DNA of 64,000 nt from positions 6,791,708 through 6,855,707 of the forward strand of contig OZ316891.1 of assembly GCA_973895155.1 (NCBI GenBank), written 5' to 3'. Below are positions 1 to 13,309 of the stretch, piece by piece. The position numbers and the translations under genes were made by a program. The stretch is from Marsupella aquatica. Taxonomy: Eukaryota; Plantae; Marchantiophyta. Position 1 is the stretch's first letter; each line of letters begins with the position of its first letter. Under the pieces are notes generated by a model. It worked only from the letters and a program-made list of their open reading frames with translations, did not search any database and was not told the DNA's origin.

Positions 1-2670
1 GTTAGTCCAAGTTTAGCATCTCTTCGATGTTGGAGGAATTCAATGTGGTGGCCAGCATTCCCACCTGTTTTACTGCGTTCCTCTTGTAAAACAGCATCAA
101 AGCTTTGCCAAAATATCTCCTCTGCTTCATCCGTTGACAAATCCACAGTCAAAATTATGCCTCTATCAAATTCCGAGAGTCGTTCTCTTGCTGTACAATA
201 GGCTTCCAACAAGGCGGTTGTTTCATTCCCCCAATCTATGGCATTGTCTTCCAATTCACCAATTGGTTCAATGACAAAATGTTGTGGTCCCCCACCCGGG
301 GTGTACCGTGGACCTGTTCAAAGTTATACCCCAAATACAAGTGTGAGTACGTTTACATTAGGTGGCCTAGATGACATTTGCCATGAAGAATTGCAACAAG
401 CTGTCAAAAGATTGTTTGGGTACCACCAAATTTGGAAGTTTGACGAGAAAGGCCAAACACGTTGGTTGCCAAAATCAGAAGTCTCTCTAGGCAGCTTAGT
501 TTTGGCATGCAGCCATGGATGTCCTTTACATTTGGCTAAGTGTATCAAGCGGCACTTTCTAGGGTCACAGGATTGCGCATTGCCAATTTGCAAATAGTAA
601 ATTCCTCATAGCCTCAATCCCCTCGAGAATCCCCTACATAGTTCCTTGTATACTATGCAACGGGTAACGACAGAGCAGGGACACGGGCTCCTTGGTGCTT
701 TCAACACATATCAGAGGGTACGATTGAGTTGTTATAGCAAATCTCAATCTTTGCAAAAGTCTCACATTCTGAAGGGCCGCATTACGAAGGGAAGATGCAC
801 ATACAAGACAGCCCGATACGCACATATTTAGGCACGTTCATTGATCAAGGCTAATACCTCTGTGTGATGCCTCCGGCCTTGGACTCAGATTGTCGGGTTC
901 CAATACAAAGGGATGTTGTACAGAGTCACCATCGCGCACTTCATTTTGGCGCCTTGAAGATTCTTGGACCAGCGGAAAAGGTTGTCCATTTCTAGCTTGC
1001 CCCACCTCACGGCCAACTGGTGGTGGTTGTTGTAAATGGATTTGTAATGGTAAAGTCGATGGTGTACCTATGGATCTCATGATCACCAAAACTTAGCTCA
1101 AACAATACCAAAGGAGAAAGTCTCTTACAGTCTACAGCACGGGCCCTTTCTAGTAGACAGGGCCGCCCTCATAGTATTCTCTGTGAAGTCTCAAATCAAG
1201 ATCAACTGTGATTTATCACTGAGGGCAACTAACAAGTGTTGGGCATCTTTAGAACTCGCTTGAAATACTGGAAGGTGACGAGAAGTTGCAAGTGTGTTGG
1301 AGTTGAAGAACCCGATTGGAACGGTTTCCCACATTTGTTGGTAGTGAGGTCGAATCCAACCGTCTTCTTGGTGAGTGAGGCCACTCTATTGATCGATCAA
1401 ACAATGGCGTAAGTACTGTTTAGTTTGAGACTTCTTGGCCGGGCTTGACAAAATGATAATATATAGAGTATGTTACATTGTATACTAGATACAGAGTGAG
1501 CAATATACCTGTTAGTAATTCTGTTGAGTCTGCCAAGTTGGACCTCCCATCCAACCAGTTTGAGGTGCCATCCAACGTTTCCAATTGAGATGTTGAAATA
1601 CAGCAGTTTGAGCTCTCTGCTCGTGTATCAGAGTTCCAAGATTGTGATGGACTTTCCAGAGGTTCTGACTCACGTTGAATTGGCTCATGCTCTGCTTCCA
1701 AAGCATCATCTGAACGACAAGATGCACCTTATATTGTCAAATTTCAATCAATCTACTGTATATCGGGCTGTACTCAAACAATACATGAGAGGATTGCAAC
1801 TTTCTTACCTTTTGCAACAGTACGTTGATTTGTTTGCCCATTTGCTTGTCGAGTAGATCTGCGGCCTCCTTGTGAAGGCACAATCTTAGTTGCCCCTGTA
1901 TTAGCCGCTGCTTCCACATGGTAGTGGCTAATTTGTTGTGGGGTCATCTGGTGAGTAGGATCCTGGATGTAGACCACTCGTGCATTTCGTGGGAAGTCCC
2001 TCCATTCTGTAGTTGCAGATTGGAAAAATGGATCTAATGATGCACAATCGAGCGTGTCCATTGTATCTTTGTGTTGCCCTGCATGTGTCTTTGTAAGAAA
2101 ACAACCAGGTACGTTTGCAAAACGTCTGTCTGACCATTCTTGGGATGCCACCACTTTTGCAATGTGTAATTGCGCTGATCCCTCTGGAAATGGACGTCCA
2201 TCATAGGCCCCACCCCAAGGTGTAGATCCAGGTAGTCGAATGCGAATTGGATCTGGCCTCAATTTTGCCACTTTCTTCATGCAACAACTTTGATGGCCAG
2301 TGTCAACTTGTTCTGCCTCGTAGATCAAGAGAGGGACATGTATAGCACGCTCCACCTCTTTGTCATAACGTGATCTATTCCTGATCACCGGCGCAGGTCT
2401 TGCAACCATTGGTGGTCGTCTTCGTGAATTCAACCCACCTCTAGATTCTCCATCAAACCGGTATCCAGACTGATGATATGAGAATGGAAATGGAAGGATT
2501 GGAGGTGATAATGAATCATTGGCTTGAAAATGAGAATGCTCTGCACCCGATACTTGAGATGCAGGGGTCCTCAGAGTTCTACCATATCCTGGCACGAGGT
2601 TCCTTTGCTGTAAATAGCTAGACTCTGCGGGCTCATCCATATTTTGCATAGAATTGTAGCTTGTGTTCAC
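1..2670 (-). pseudogene. Decayed, probably transposon-derived gene: 298-aa open 5' part (1774-2670) followed by stop/frameshift-broken Cys/His-rich coding remnants running off the window start
   Basis: Long ORF 1774-2670. Downstream minus-strand segments are still readable (CMCIFP..CGPSEC, CDPRKCRLIHLAKCKGHPWLH, GPRYTPGGGPQHFVIEPIGELEDNAIDWG...) but are interrupted by stops. No family recognised. Confidence 0.4.
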
Positions 2671-3534
2671 TTGCTAAATCCGATAGACAGAGTGAATTCA
2701 AAGAATGCTCGAAAGATGTTGACAAACTTGATCGACAAGTAGTTCCGCAAGCGGGCCCGCAAGTAGTTCAAGAGAAGCAAAGAAGCAAAGAAGATCAAGT
2801 ATGCACAAAAGTGATACTGTTTGGATTGGAAAGGTCGTCCCTGGCAAGTACTATGGACTGTGCTCTCTCGATCTATATAGGCCGCTTTACCTATTTTGTG
2901 TAAGTCTAAAAAGTCTAGCTAAGGGCAGCCCTCAATTTGACAAAGGAAGCCCCTCTTTTGCAAAGTCTTCCCTTAATCTTCCCCACAAGCAATCATGATA
3001 GCCCCCTTGTGCATAATGGGCACCCTAAATTTGGTGAGGGAGCATGTCGTACACAAAGGTGCCGCTCGATTTGGTGTGGAAGTCCCTCCTTAATTTGCAA
3101 AGTGTGGAGTTTGTGAAAGGATTCTTAGTGACCATTTTTGAGTCTCTAGTTTTGTGAGTGTCCATTCTTTAGATGTTAAGTAAACAATGTTTCTGCCCGG
3201 GCGATTTGGAAATTTGCTAAAAAATTCATGAATTATTATCTTTGTAGACTATGTGGCCATTACATTCAAGTACGTAGCTATACAACCTTTTAATGGTAAA
3301 AAAAGTATCCATTTTGAAATAATCTCATAATGTTCACTGTACAGCCGCCACCATAACAATTAATACATCTAAAGAGAAAGTTGGTTTTAATGAATCTAGT
3401 TGTGATTTATAAAATGGAGTTATGTACATGGGCACGGCAACCTTGAGGTTCATTATGAGCGTGTAACTTGTACCTTGTTGTTGGTGCCATTGTCCATTGC
3501 TCACTTTGTGCGCCCCACTCTTGTCAATTATTTT

Positions 3535-6500
3535 ATTCAGGGAGACGAGTCCCTGTTTTGTCATTAAATGCATCTTGGTTTTCCCCCACACCTCACCGGA
3601 AGACTCTCCTCGTTTTTGTGTCCCACTTTTTTCAGGCCAGCTTTTTTGGGTCCCCTGGCTGCCCCTGCCCATCCCATGCTTGGGCAGCCCTTAAAACCTC
3701 ACCCTTTTTGGTAACCCCTTTATTTCTATTTTAAATAATGGGTTCTCTGGCCCGCTCTCTGGTCATTAGTCAGATTTTTCTGACTGTATTTTTTGAAATT
3801 TTGAAACATGGAAATAAACCCAAGACCAAAGAGCCAAATAAGGCGAGAGTAGTCACCAATTGCAAGAAGAACTAAACCCTCCCTACAATTTTTTCAGGCA
3901 GGAATTCCTCTCAGCATTGAGTGTGGTTGCATTGAGGTCTCTTTTGTAGGAACAAAATTATCTCAGATTCCAGAAAAGAACTATCTGGTTGAAGGAGAAT
4001 GTATATGTGACATTTCCAAAGAACAAAAAATGTCAAACCAGGAAACAGGATACCAAAGGCAAGTGACTCAATAATGGGGTGAAAACATTAGCCTAACCTC
4101 TGTAAGATTAAAGAGCCAAAATAAGCCTGAGTCCAAACAACTGCAAAAATGACTAAAATAACTACAACCCTATAGACAAAACTTTCTGGCATGAATCAAA
4201 GGATGTCAAAAAGTCTGGTTTGGTTGAGAAATGGAGTTGAGAAAAGACAAAGAAAGGAATTTCACGGCAGAAACTAAACGATCACAAAAAGTGCCAGCAA
4301 AATACTTGATGGGTCCCCTCTAGGTAAAGATAATCGTGACTAGCCCCTCACTTTTCAAATATACTTAATGGGCCCCCTTGTCCCTGCAACCCTTTCTCAT
4401 GACCTGTGTGAGTCTTTTCTGCATTTTTTAATTGTAACATAATCCTACAATTATCTACATCAGTCCACCAAATGTACTCTCTAGAAGCAATTTTAAGTGT
4501 ACACTTGCTTAAAATAAATAGATAACATATGTACAAAGTATTTAGCCCTTGTCACTACCATATTCATTTTTTTCATGTTTTGAAATACTTGTGCAAGGTA
4601 AGTACTACTTTAAGGTACCTAATATGTACTCTCTTTAGTTATTCCATCTCAAAGTTTTTGGCAGTACTCACACCTGAAAGTATTTCTCCAAAGCATAGTC
4701 TTACCTGAACTTTAGTAAGGCGAGTCAATGGTTTTGGGTACTATTTTTAAAAATTTGTTTTCTGCAAATAAATCACGTGTGATTTAAACAATTCTTTGAT
4801 GCTATTTTTCCAAAAAAAAGGAGTCCAACGTGAGTATTTCCTAAGCACACCAAGTTCTTTTTGTGAAAGTTTCTTTTGTGTCACTTTTAGTAAACATAGA
4901 GACGTGAATTGTGATATGATTTTGATAGCTAATTTTGTGGTTGTTTCACCAACATTGAGCTCAAATTTTAAGGTCATATAACTGCTTTTACATTTGTTAC
5001 TATGTGCATCCTAATGCTCATTTTTATGAATTCAATTGATGCCTTGTGAATTCAATTAGTGCATTGTGTACTAAGCTAAACAATAAAAATTACCATTTAA
5101 GTGACATTGTGTAAATTGCCTGAAATGCTCTAGCTAGGTGCTCACATCTGAAAAAAACTTTCACAAAAATAACACCAACGAAATGCTCAAGTCTAACATG
5201 AATATTTCCACAAAGGTTTTTTGGCAAAATAGCATCAATGAATTGTTTAAGGGCCACTTGATTTAACTGCAAAAACAAATTTTAATAAATAGCACCCAAA
5301 TAGCACCGGCGAGGCACCCGGATTTCACCCAAACCATTGGTTCACCTTACTAAAGTTCACGTAAGACTATTCTTTGGAGAAATTGGGGAAAGATATAGAA
5401 AGGGGATAAGGGAAAGAGTAGATGCTTGCCATAAACACTCCTTGGTGTCATGGCAACTTTGTTCACCACCCCTACTCAACAAACAGTCAGCAGCAGGAAG
5501 GGTGGGGTTTTAAGGGCTGCCCAGGCATGGGCTGGGCAGGGGCAGCGAGGGAACCCAAAAAGGTTGCCCTGAAACTGACTTGTGACACAAAAATGAGGAG
5601 AGTCTTCAGGTGGGGTGTTGGGCAGGAAGGGTGTGATTTTAAGGGCTGCCCAGGCATGGGATGGGCAGGGGCAACGAGGGAACCCAAAAAGGCTGGCCTG
5701 AAACTGAATTGTGACACAAAAATGAGGAGGGTCTTCCGGTGGGGTGTGGGGGAGAACAGAGGTGCATTTAATGACAAAACAGGGACTAGTCTTCGTGAAT
5801 CCCCTCCTTGCCCCTGCCCATCCCATGTCTGGGCAGCCCTTAAAGCCCCATGCTTTTGGTAGCCCCTTTATTTCTAGGTTTTTTTTAATGGGTTCTCTGG
5901 CCCGCTCTATGGTAGTTTGTCAGATTTCCTATGTATTTTGAAAGTTTGAAACATGGGAATAAAACCCAAGACCAAAGAGCCAAATAAGGCAAAGTAGCCA
6001 CCAATGGCAAGAAGAACTAAAACCGGCTCATCCAAAACATAAATTTCAGGCAGGACTTCAAGGATGCCAAAAGAGTCTGGTTGCATTGAGGTCTCTTTTG
6101 TGGGTTGCAATAAACTAAAATTGTCTCAGATTTCAACCCAGAAAAGAATTATCTGGTTGAAAGAGAATGTAAATGTCACATTTCCAAAGAATAAAAAATG
6201 TCAAACCAGGAAACAGGATACCAAAGGCAAGAGACTCAATAAAGGGGTGAAACATTAGCCTAACCTCTGCAAGATGAAAGAGCCAAAATAAGCCTGAGTC
6301 CAAAAAAACTGCAAAAATGACTACAGATCCTACAGACAAAAATTTCTGGCATCAAAGGATGTCAAAAAAGCCTGGTTTGGTTGAGAAATGGAGTTGGGAA
6401 AAGACAACAAAGTAATTTCACGGCAGAAACTAAAGGATCACAAAAAGCGACTTGTTGCAAAAAAAAATTGGGGAAAGAAATAGAAAGGGGATAAGGGAAA

Positions 6501-8052
6501 GAGGAAACGATCGCATTGAGTAGAAAACAGATGCTTGCATGAACACTCCTTGGCGTGATTGGAGGCAAGTTAGTTCACCACCTCTACTCAACAAAAAGTC
6601 AGCAGCATGACAGCAAAATACTTGATGGCCCAGATATTCCCCATGAGCCCCTCACTTTTCAAATATACTTAATGGGGCCCCTTGTCCCGGCAACCCTTTC
6701 TCAAGACCTGTGTCATTATTTTTTCCATTTTTTAATTATAACATAACCATACGTTATCTACTTCAGTCGACCAGATGGACTGTCTAGAAGCAATTTTCAG
6801 TGTACTTGAAAATAAATATGTAAAGTATGTGCTAAGTATTTAGCCTTGTCACTCTCATATTCATTTTTCATGTTTTGAAATACTTATGCAAGGGAAGTAG
6901 TACTTAAGTTAAGTAATGTTTACACTCTTTAGTTGTTCCCTCTTAATGTTTTGGAATTACTCATACCTGAAAGTATTTCTCCAAAGCATAGTCTTACCTG
7001 AAGTTTCATAAGAAGGACCAATGGTTTTGGGTGCTATCCAGGTGGTGTTTTTTAAAAGTTGTTTTCATGTTTTGAAATACTTATGCAAGGGAAGTAGTAC
7101 TTAAGTTAAGTAATGTTTACTCTCTTTAGTTGTTCCCTCTCAATGTTTTGGAATTACTCATACCTGAAAGTATTTCTCCAAAGCATAGTCTTACCTGAAG
7201 TTTCATAAGAAGGACCAATGGTTTTGGGTGCTATCCAGGTGGTGTTTTCTAAAGGTTGTTTTCTTTCAAAGAAATCACGCATTACTTAAAGAATTCTTTG
7301 ATACTATTTGCCAATTTTCTTTTTGGAAATATTCATGTTAGACGTGAGCATTTCCTAGCTTGATGTTATTTTAGCAATCAAAATCATATCTCAATTCACC
7401 TCTCTACGTTTACTCAAAGGGACACTAAAAAACATTCACTTTGCGTATCACGCCCTGTGACCACTAGTCCAATCTGTAAAAACTATGAAGACATTGACAA
7501 GTTCAGCATGCCGCTTCACCCCCAAATCCTGCCTATTTGCATTGGCTTATGCAAAACCATCATAGTCAACCAAGACTCTAGTCTACAGGGTACTATCAAA
7601 GAGACACATACCCTCATACCTGGAGAACATGAAAAATAATGTATATGGTTCGAGTGAAAAGGGCTAAATAATTCATACATACTTTATAAGAGGATATATT
7701 TATTTTCAAACAAGAGTAGTTTACATTGAAATTGCTTCTACACACTACATCGTTATGTAACAATTAAAAAATGGAAAAAATAATGACACAGGTCCTGAGA
7801 AATGGAAAGTAAAAAGTTAGGGGCTCGTCAAGAATATGTTTACCTAGAGGGCCCCATCAAGTGTTTTGCTGGCAACAGGAAGGGCGGGGTTTAAGGGCTG
7901 CCCAGACATGGGATGGGGAGGGGCAAGGAGGGGACCCAAAAAGGCTGGCCTGAAACTGAAGTGTGACACAAAAATGAAGAGAAACTTCCCGTGGGGTGTG
8001 GAGGATAACCGAGGTGCATTTAATGACAAAACAGGGATGCATCTCCCTGAAT
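3535..8052. mobile_element. Two tandem ~2.26-kb non-autonomous long-TIR (foldback-like) elements: 3535-5800 and ~5801-8052 (second copy has a truncated left TIR)
   Basis: ATTCAGGGAGAC.AGTCCCTGTTTTGTCATTAAATGCA at 3535 recurs inverted at ~5763-5800 and ~8015-8052, with ~170 bp of inverted similarity. Internal ~3660-4745 is directly repeated at ~5810-7040. No coding capacity; no TSD identified. Confidence 0.7.
6868..7260. repeat. Near-perfect ~198-bp tandem duplication inside the second TIR element
   Basis: ttcatgttttgaaatacttatgcaaggg...ggtggtgtttt occurs at ~6868 and ~7066. Confidence 0.85.
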
Positions 8053-9690
8053 CTAAATAGCAGCAACTTAACGACAACTTTGAGTGGGGTGCGTGTAAAA
8101 ATGGTTTGAACTCCATCTGGCAGGATCTGAGCCATGGATGATGCCACAACTGGAGGCTGAATTCCAAGTGACTGAGGTGTTGTATACTAGATGTTCTGGC
8201 CACCTATTAATGCACATTATTTTGTCATTAATTTGCCGGTTTCTTCATGCACATTATCCGTGGCAATACCTACAGTAGTACGGTTGAAAGAATTTCAGGA
8301 ATCTTGTGGAACTGCACAATTAAATTTGGTGTCAGCATAGTACTTGACGATATGATTGTGCGATACTTTTACCTTAGAGTATTATAGATTGAATGAAAAA
8401 TGAATGAATTGTATAGCAAAGGAAAAATGCCACTCTGTGCTCAATAATTTTTTAGATTTAATGCCTCCCAGCCTATATTTAAAACTGCAATGAAAACTTA
8501 GTTACACAATAAATGTAAATAAATAAATTATTTTTTGATAATTAAAAATTAAGATAAAATTAAATTAACAATTTGATGTCTTGTAAATTTATGATATATC
8601 ATGGGATGATATATCAAGGCTTGCTTAGACCAAAATTAATCTGTTGTTGAAAACTTGTAAGTTTCTGAAAATGCCAATTGATAGAATGTGAATACTTAGA
8701 ACCCATTGGGATCGAGACAAAAAAACAAAAGGGGCTATTAATGGCCAGCCTCTTTCATATGCGATTCAAAATTAACACTAACACAAAAAAATTTGAAAAG
8801 GAGTCTTGCATGCTTCTGACATCCTTAGAGGCCTAGGGTTGTCATTTGGCCTATAGAGAGCTAAGAGACATGCCTCTACACTCCTCATTTCATACAACAT
8901 ATTAATGCATAATTTATGCTAAAGGTTTGAACTAAAGTGTGAAGTGTCTTAGATCTACTGACAACAAGAGTTCCAAAATAGGCCTAAATATTTACCCCAA
9001 TTCCCAAAGTTTTCCTTCATCTATGAGTACTAGCTCAAGTCAGAGTTATCTTTTCCTTTTGTTCAGTCAATTTCTTGGTCTTTCAACATGGTTACACATG
9101 ATATATGGATGCAACATATTCCAATTCACTAATTCACTACTTCTCATCTTCCCGGGCCGTCTACCTAAAGCCAACCAGGAGATGTCTTGAAACACACCTC
9201 AATGGCCTATATGTTGCAAAATTAAAGTACTTAGTCCATGTGTGTGCTACCTTGGTATTTATTGTTATTATATGTTATCAAAAATAAATATCAACAAATA
9301 TGTGCTAAAACTTGGTGGTCATTCCCGTGGAAGAAGAAAGTATGATGAAATTAATGGTTTAACAAGTTTTGAGTGGCTTAAAGATGGAACTCACATCTAT
9401 AAATAAAATCAGCAATCAACAAGCCATGCAACATGTTCCATGGAAAAAAGATGACTCTCAAAGCCCATCTAGCAAGTTGCCATCAATTCCAGTAACACTA
9501 AGAAGGGTGATAAGCAATTGCTGATCTTTTTTGGCCATGGGACATTAACAGTCCACACAACTTAAAGAACTTTTCTAATTCCTAGCTCTTGAGGTTGTCT
9601 GCCCACAAATAGTGCCTCCTTGCCTAGTTAGCTTACAATAGTGCTTATAGATTGCAATTTCCAGCCATGCACTCTTTAGTTGCTGAAAAT

Positions 9691-10230
9691 CACTACAACA
9701 CTATGCACCTCTTTTGCGAACCACCACCCTTCGCATCATACAAAGGAAACAAAATCCGAAATACCCAATTTGCGAACTTACTCGCATCGCAACGTCTTCG
9801 CTACTTCCCATCTCAAATTCTTCGCAAACGGCCCTTCGCAACTACTTCGCAACTTGCGATTCTAAATACGTCGCAACATCTCCGCAACGTTGCGATGGCA
9901 CTGTCCTTGCAAATATTGAGAAACGACAAATTTCATTATTTTGCGAGAACAAATGAATCGCTCGCGTTGCGATAACATTTACATCGCAATTTCCGATGTT
10001 AAATTTCTCTATAACTTGCGATGCAAACAAACTCGTAAGATTGCGAGAAGCGGATGACCGCTTTGTTGCGAAGGCATTTAACTCGAAAACGTGTGGAGAG
10101 TAAGTCTTCGCTAGGGTTGTGATTTAGACAACATCGCAAGTGTTGCGATGCGTTTCTCCTCGGAATGGTTGCGATACGTTCACCGTGGCTCTTTGAGATG
10201 GGGGTTGGTTCTCAAAAGCTTCGCAAAATG
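9691..10230. repeat. CACTA left TIR and subterminal repeat array (TCGCA/TGCGA motif, both orientations)
   Basis: Many copies of ttcgca/ttgcga/atcgca directly visible. Confidence 0.9.
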
Positions 10231-10468
10231 TATATTTCATGGGTTTTTGTGTATTTGGGTTAGGGTGAGGGTGAGGGAGACCATTCATGGGTTTTGAAGG
10301 AGGGAGGAAAGTGATGTTGACCCAGTCTGCCGCAATTAAAATGGCATTACTGAAAAAGTACAAAAGTTACAAAATGGAAGGGTAAAAACCCTTAGGTAAA
10401 GTGCCACGGCCATGCATGCTGATCGCTATACATGTGAACTCGATGTAAGTGCTCTAGCTACAACTTGT

Positions 10469-12578
10469 CTACATCGAGCTAGAAAGGAGTGTTCCTGCCC
10501 CTCCTTGCCTTCTTCCCCTTGGCCTTCTCCTTGCCCTTGTGTGCTCTTGGGGGGGGGGTGCAACCTGGACTTCCTCCTCCTCTTGGTCACCCTCGGGGTC
10601 ACCCTCATCCTCATCCTCATCCTCATCCCCACCTCCACCGCCCTGGCTTGCCGCGCTACCACCCCCAGCACCACTGGAACGTGCTGATGCAAATGACTGG
10701 TCTCCAGTGCTAGTTGGCCTGGCTTGAGTAGCAGGAGCTGTGCTCCCCTCCCCTGTCCCCTCCACATCCTCATCACTACTATCGGTGCCACCCTCGGTAT
10801 GGGAGTCACCATCCTCCCCTCCCTGCTTCCATTAGCAAACCAGGGTGTCTGTTAGTCTCATATTCTTTACAAGTGTGAACAAAAGAGATATTCATTCAAA
10901 ATTGCAATGAATGTAATAGCCTAAAAATTCTCACCAATAGTTCATCAACTTGCTGAAAGAGATGCTCCTTCCCATGTTTCTGGCCCACCTCCATCTCAGC
11001 CGCCGTAATCTTCCTCTTGTACCTCTTGTACTAAGCCAAAACAAAACCAGCACAATTGGGTTAACACCAACCCATAACCCGATTCACATGGCTTCTAAAA
11101 ATTAGGGGGTTTGTTGGGGCTGGTGGGGTGGTGCATCAAGGTTTTGGGGTTATGGAGGGTGGCATATATGGGGAAGACCCTCAAAGAACACTTAAACGAT
11201 CGGAAAATTTAAAAATTCAAATTTTTGAAATTTTGCGAAGGCGCCAGCTTCGCAATCATAAGGACAATTACGTTTGCGAAGCTGGTTGCGATGCGAACGT
11301 CTTCGCAACGCCTTCGCAAACATAAGCAAAAAAAGGGCATAATAAGGTTTGCGAAGGATTTGCGAAGCTACCCGCATCGCAAATGTATCGCAAACTCTGT
11401 CATGGCAAAAACCCGAGAGGGAAGCAACTGTACGTGACCTAATCTGACACAACAAGTCTAATTGTAACTACTTGGTGGAAATGCAAGAAAGAGTTGGCTC
11501 ATTGCAGGTGTGTTGGAATAGGAATTGGAGTAGCAAGAAGTCAAGGGAGGAGAGGGAGGTGCACTCACGAATGCTGCTTTGAGGCCGGGGAGGCCACCTT
11601 GACCCAGCCTGTGGGTGATGTTGGGCTTGTCTCGGACTCGCTCAGCTGCCTTCAGGAACTTGTTGGGTGGATCGCCTACTTCTGCTACAACCTGCTGGAG
11701 CTGGGCTACCTTTTGCTCCATCACCTTCAGGTCCCGGTCAGACTTCCCGGCCTCCTTTGCCCTTCGAGCCTTTGCCAACTTCTCTGTGAAATCATTGAGG
11801 AGCCTGGCTGCTTTCAACTTCACCTCTGTCTGGTAGAAGGTCTGCCAGATATCTTCTGAGAATTGCAGCGGCCTCTGCAAATTCCTATACTCCTCCAAAT
11901 CTCTAAGGTGAGACCTGATCTTCATTCTATCATGGTATCTAGCTTGTGACATGGAGTTTGAAATTTTGTCAGCAAGCCACTGTGAATCCATCTCTCCTCC
12001 ATTTCGAAATGCATCTTTCACCTGATTGATGACTCGCTTCTGCTCTGCCTTTGAGCGAGTGCCCCACTCGTCTCCTCTTGCAAAATTTGTGGATACAATG
12101 TGCCTGATTGTGCTCTTGGCCCCATTGTAAGCAAGCTCGGTGGGAATCCCCTCATCCTCTAAAGTAATCAGAGGCAGCTTCCTCCTTGCTGCCTCCTTCT
12201 TTCTTTGCTCCTCCCTCTGTTTCCTGATCAGGTCTCTCTCATCTTTCCTCCTCTTCTTTTCCAATGCTTGAGGCGAGAGCACTCCAGCCTGAGCTCTCTC
12301 GTCCCTCTTTCGCTTCCTCTCAGCAGCCGCCTGCTCTGCTGCCTTCCTTGCATCCTCCTCCACTGCTACTTGCCCTGCAGTGAGACCTGCTTGCAAGGCT
12401 TGGCCCAGAAGGGCACTCAATGATGCCAGCCCTGCTGGACTGGTGAAATCAATTTGACTCAACTGTGCAACCGAAAAATGCTCATCCACAATCGCCTTCA
12501 ATCGATCCCCCCCCCTCGGTTGCCTCCGTTGCTGCCAAAAGCTCCTCCATCACCACCAGTCCCCTCTTCGCTCGCCAT
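10469..12578 (-). pseudogene. CACTA second gene (TNPA/ORF2-like; coiled-coil with acidic C-terminus). Predicted exons ~12578-11569, 11030-10935, 10848-10469, with two apparent frameshifts
   Basis: 347-aa ORF 11458-12501 with GT-AG junctions (donor gtgagt at 11568; exon YKRYKRKITAAEMEVGQKHGKEHLFQQVDELL). Frameshifts at the C9 run ~12507-12515 and at ~10815. TNPA role inferred from position only. Confidence 0.6.
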
Positions 12579-13309
12579 CGCTCCGCCCTTGCCCTCGTTG
12601 CTCTCCTCAGGCCTGAATGAACTGAATCCGCCTTGTCCGCGCTCGGCAATCCATAAAGATTCAAAATATTGGGCTTTGCGATTCGTTTTGCATCGCAGTT
12701 TGCGATGCATCGGCCTTCGCAAAAAGCTTCGCAAATTCTATCTTTGCGAAGCTTCAAGATTCGCAAAAGCCTTCGCTATTTGGTTTTGCCATAACCCCCG
12801 TCTCGCATGCGTATTTGATGTGTTGTTAGGGATACTAAGGGGGCTTATGAACATTAAATGGGGTAGATGTAGAGGATTATGTTGCATTTTAGTGGGATGT
12901 GATGAGATAAGGATTGGGGGGTTAGAAAATTGAAGGAGTTATATTGCAGGGTAAGAGGAGGGGGTTTGGCCTGGTTAGGGGAGGGTTTCTTTTGTGAAGG
13001 TTGGGCTTAGATTGGCTTAGATACGAGGGGTTTTATGTTTTGGGTTTGCAGGGGGGTTTTATTTATGAAGGTTGGGGTTATATGTATTGGAGGGTAAGAG
13101 CTAAGAGGGGTTTTATGTTTTGGGTTTTGGGGTTTAGGCCAACTTAGGAGGGTTTGAAAGAGAGGTTTCAGTTTTATAGTATCTTGGGTTACTTTTATGG
13201 TATCTTAGGAGGGTAACCAAGAGGGGTGGCATATAATTATGGTAGAGAGAAGCATAGGATGGTTGAAGGGAATTGACCATTTAGGTTTTTGCTAACTTCA
13301 TTGGCTTAC

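Noticed and set aside
3334-8203. Short ORFs overlapping the TIR repeats (e.g. 5422-5862)
   Set aside because: Translations of GC-rich repeat units on both strands, with no domain signal.
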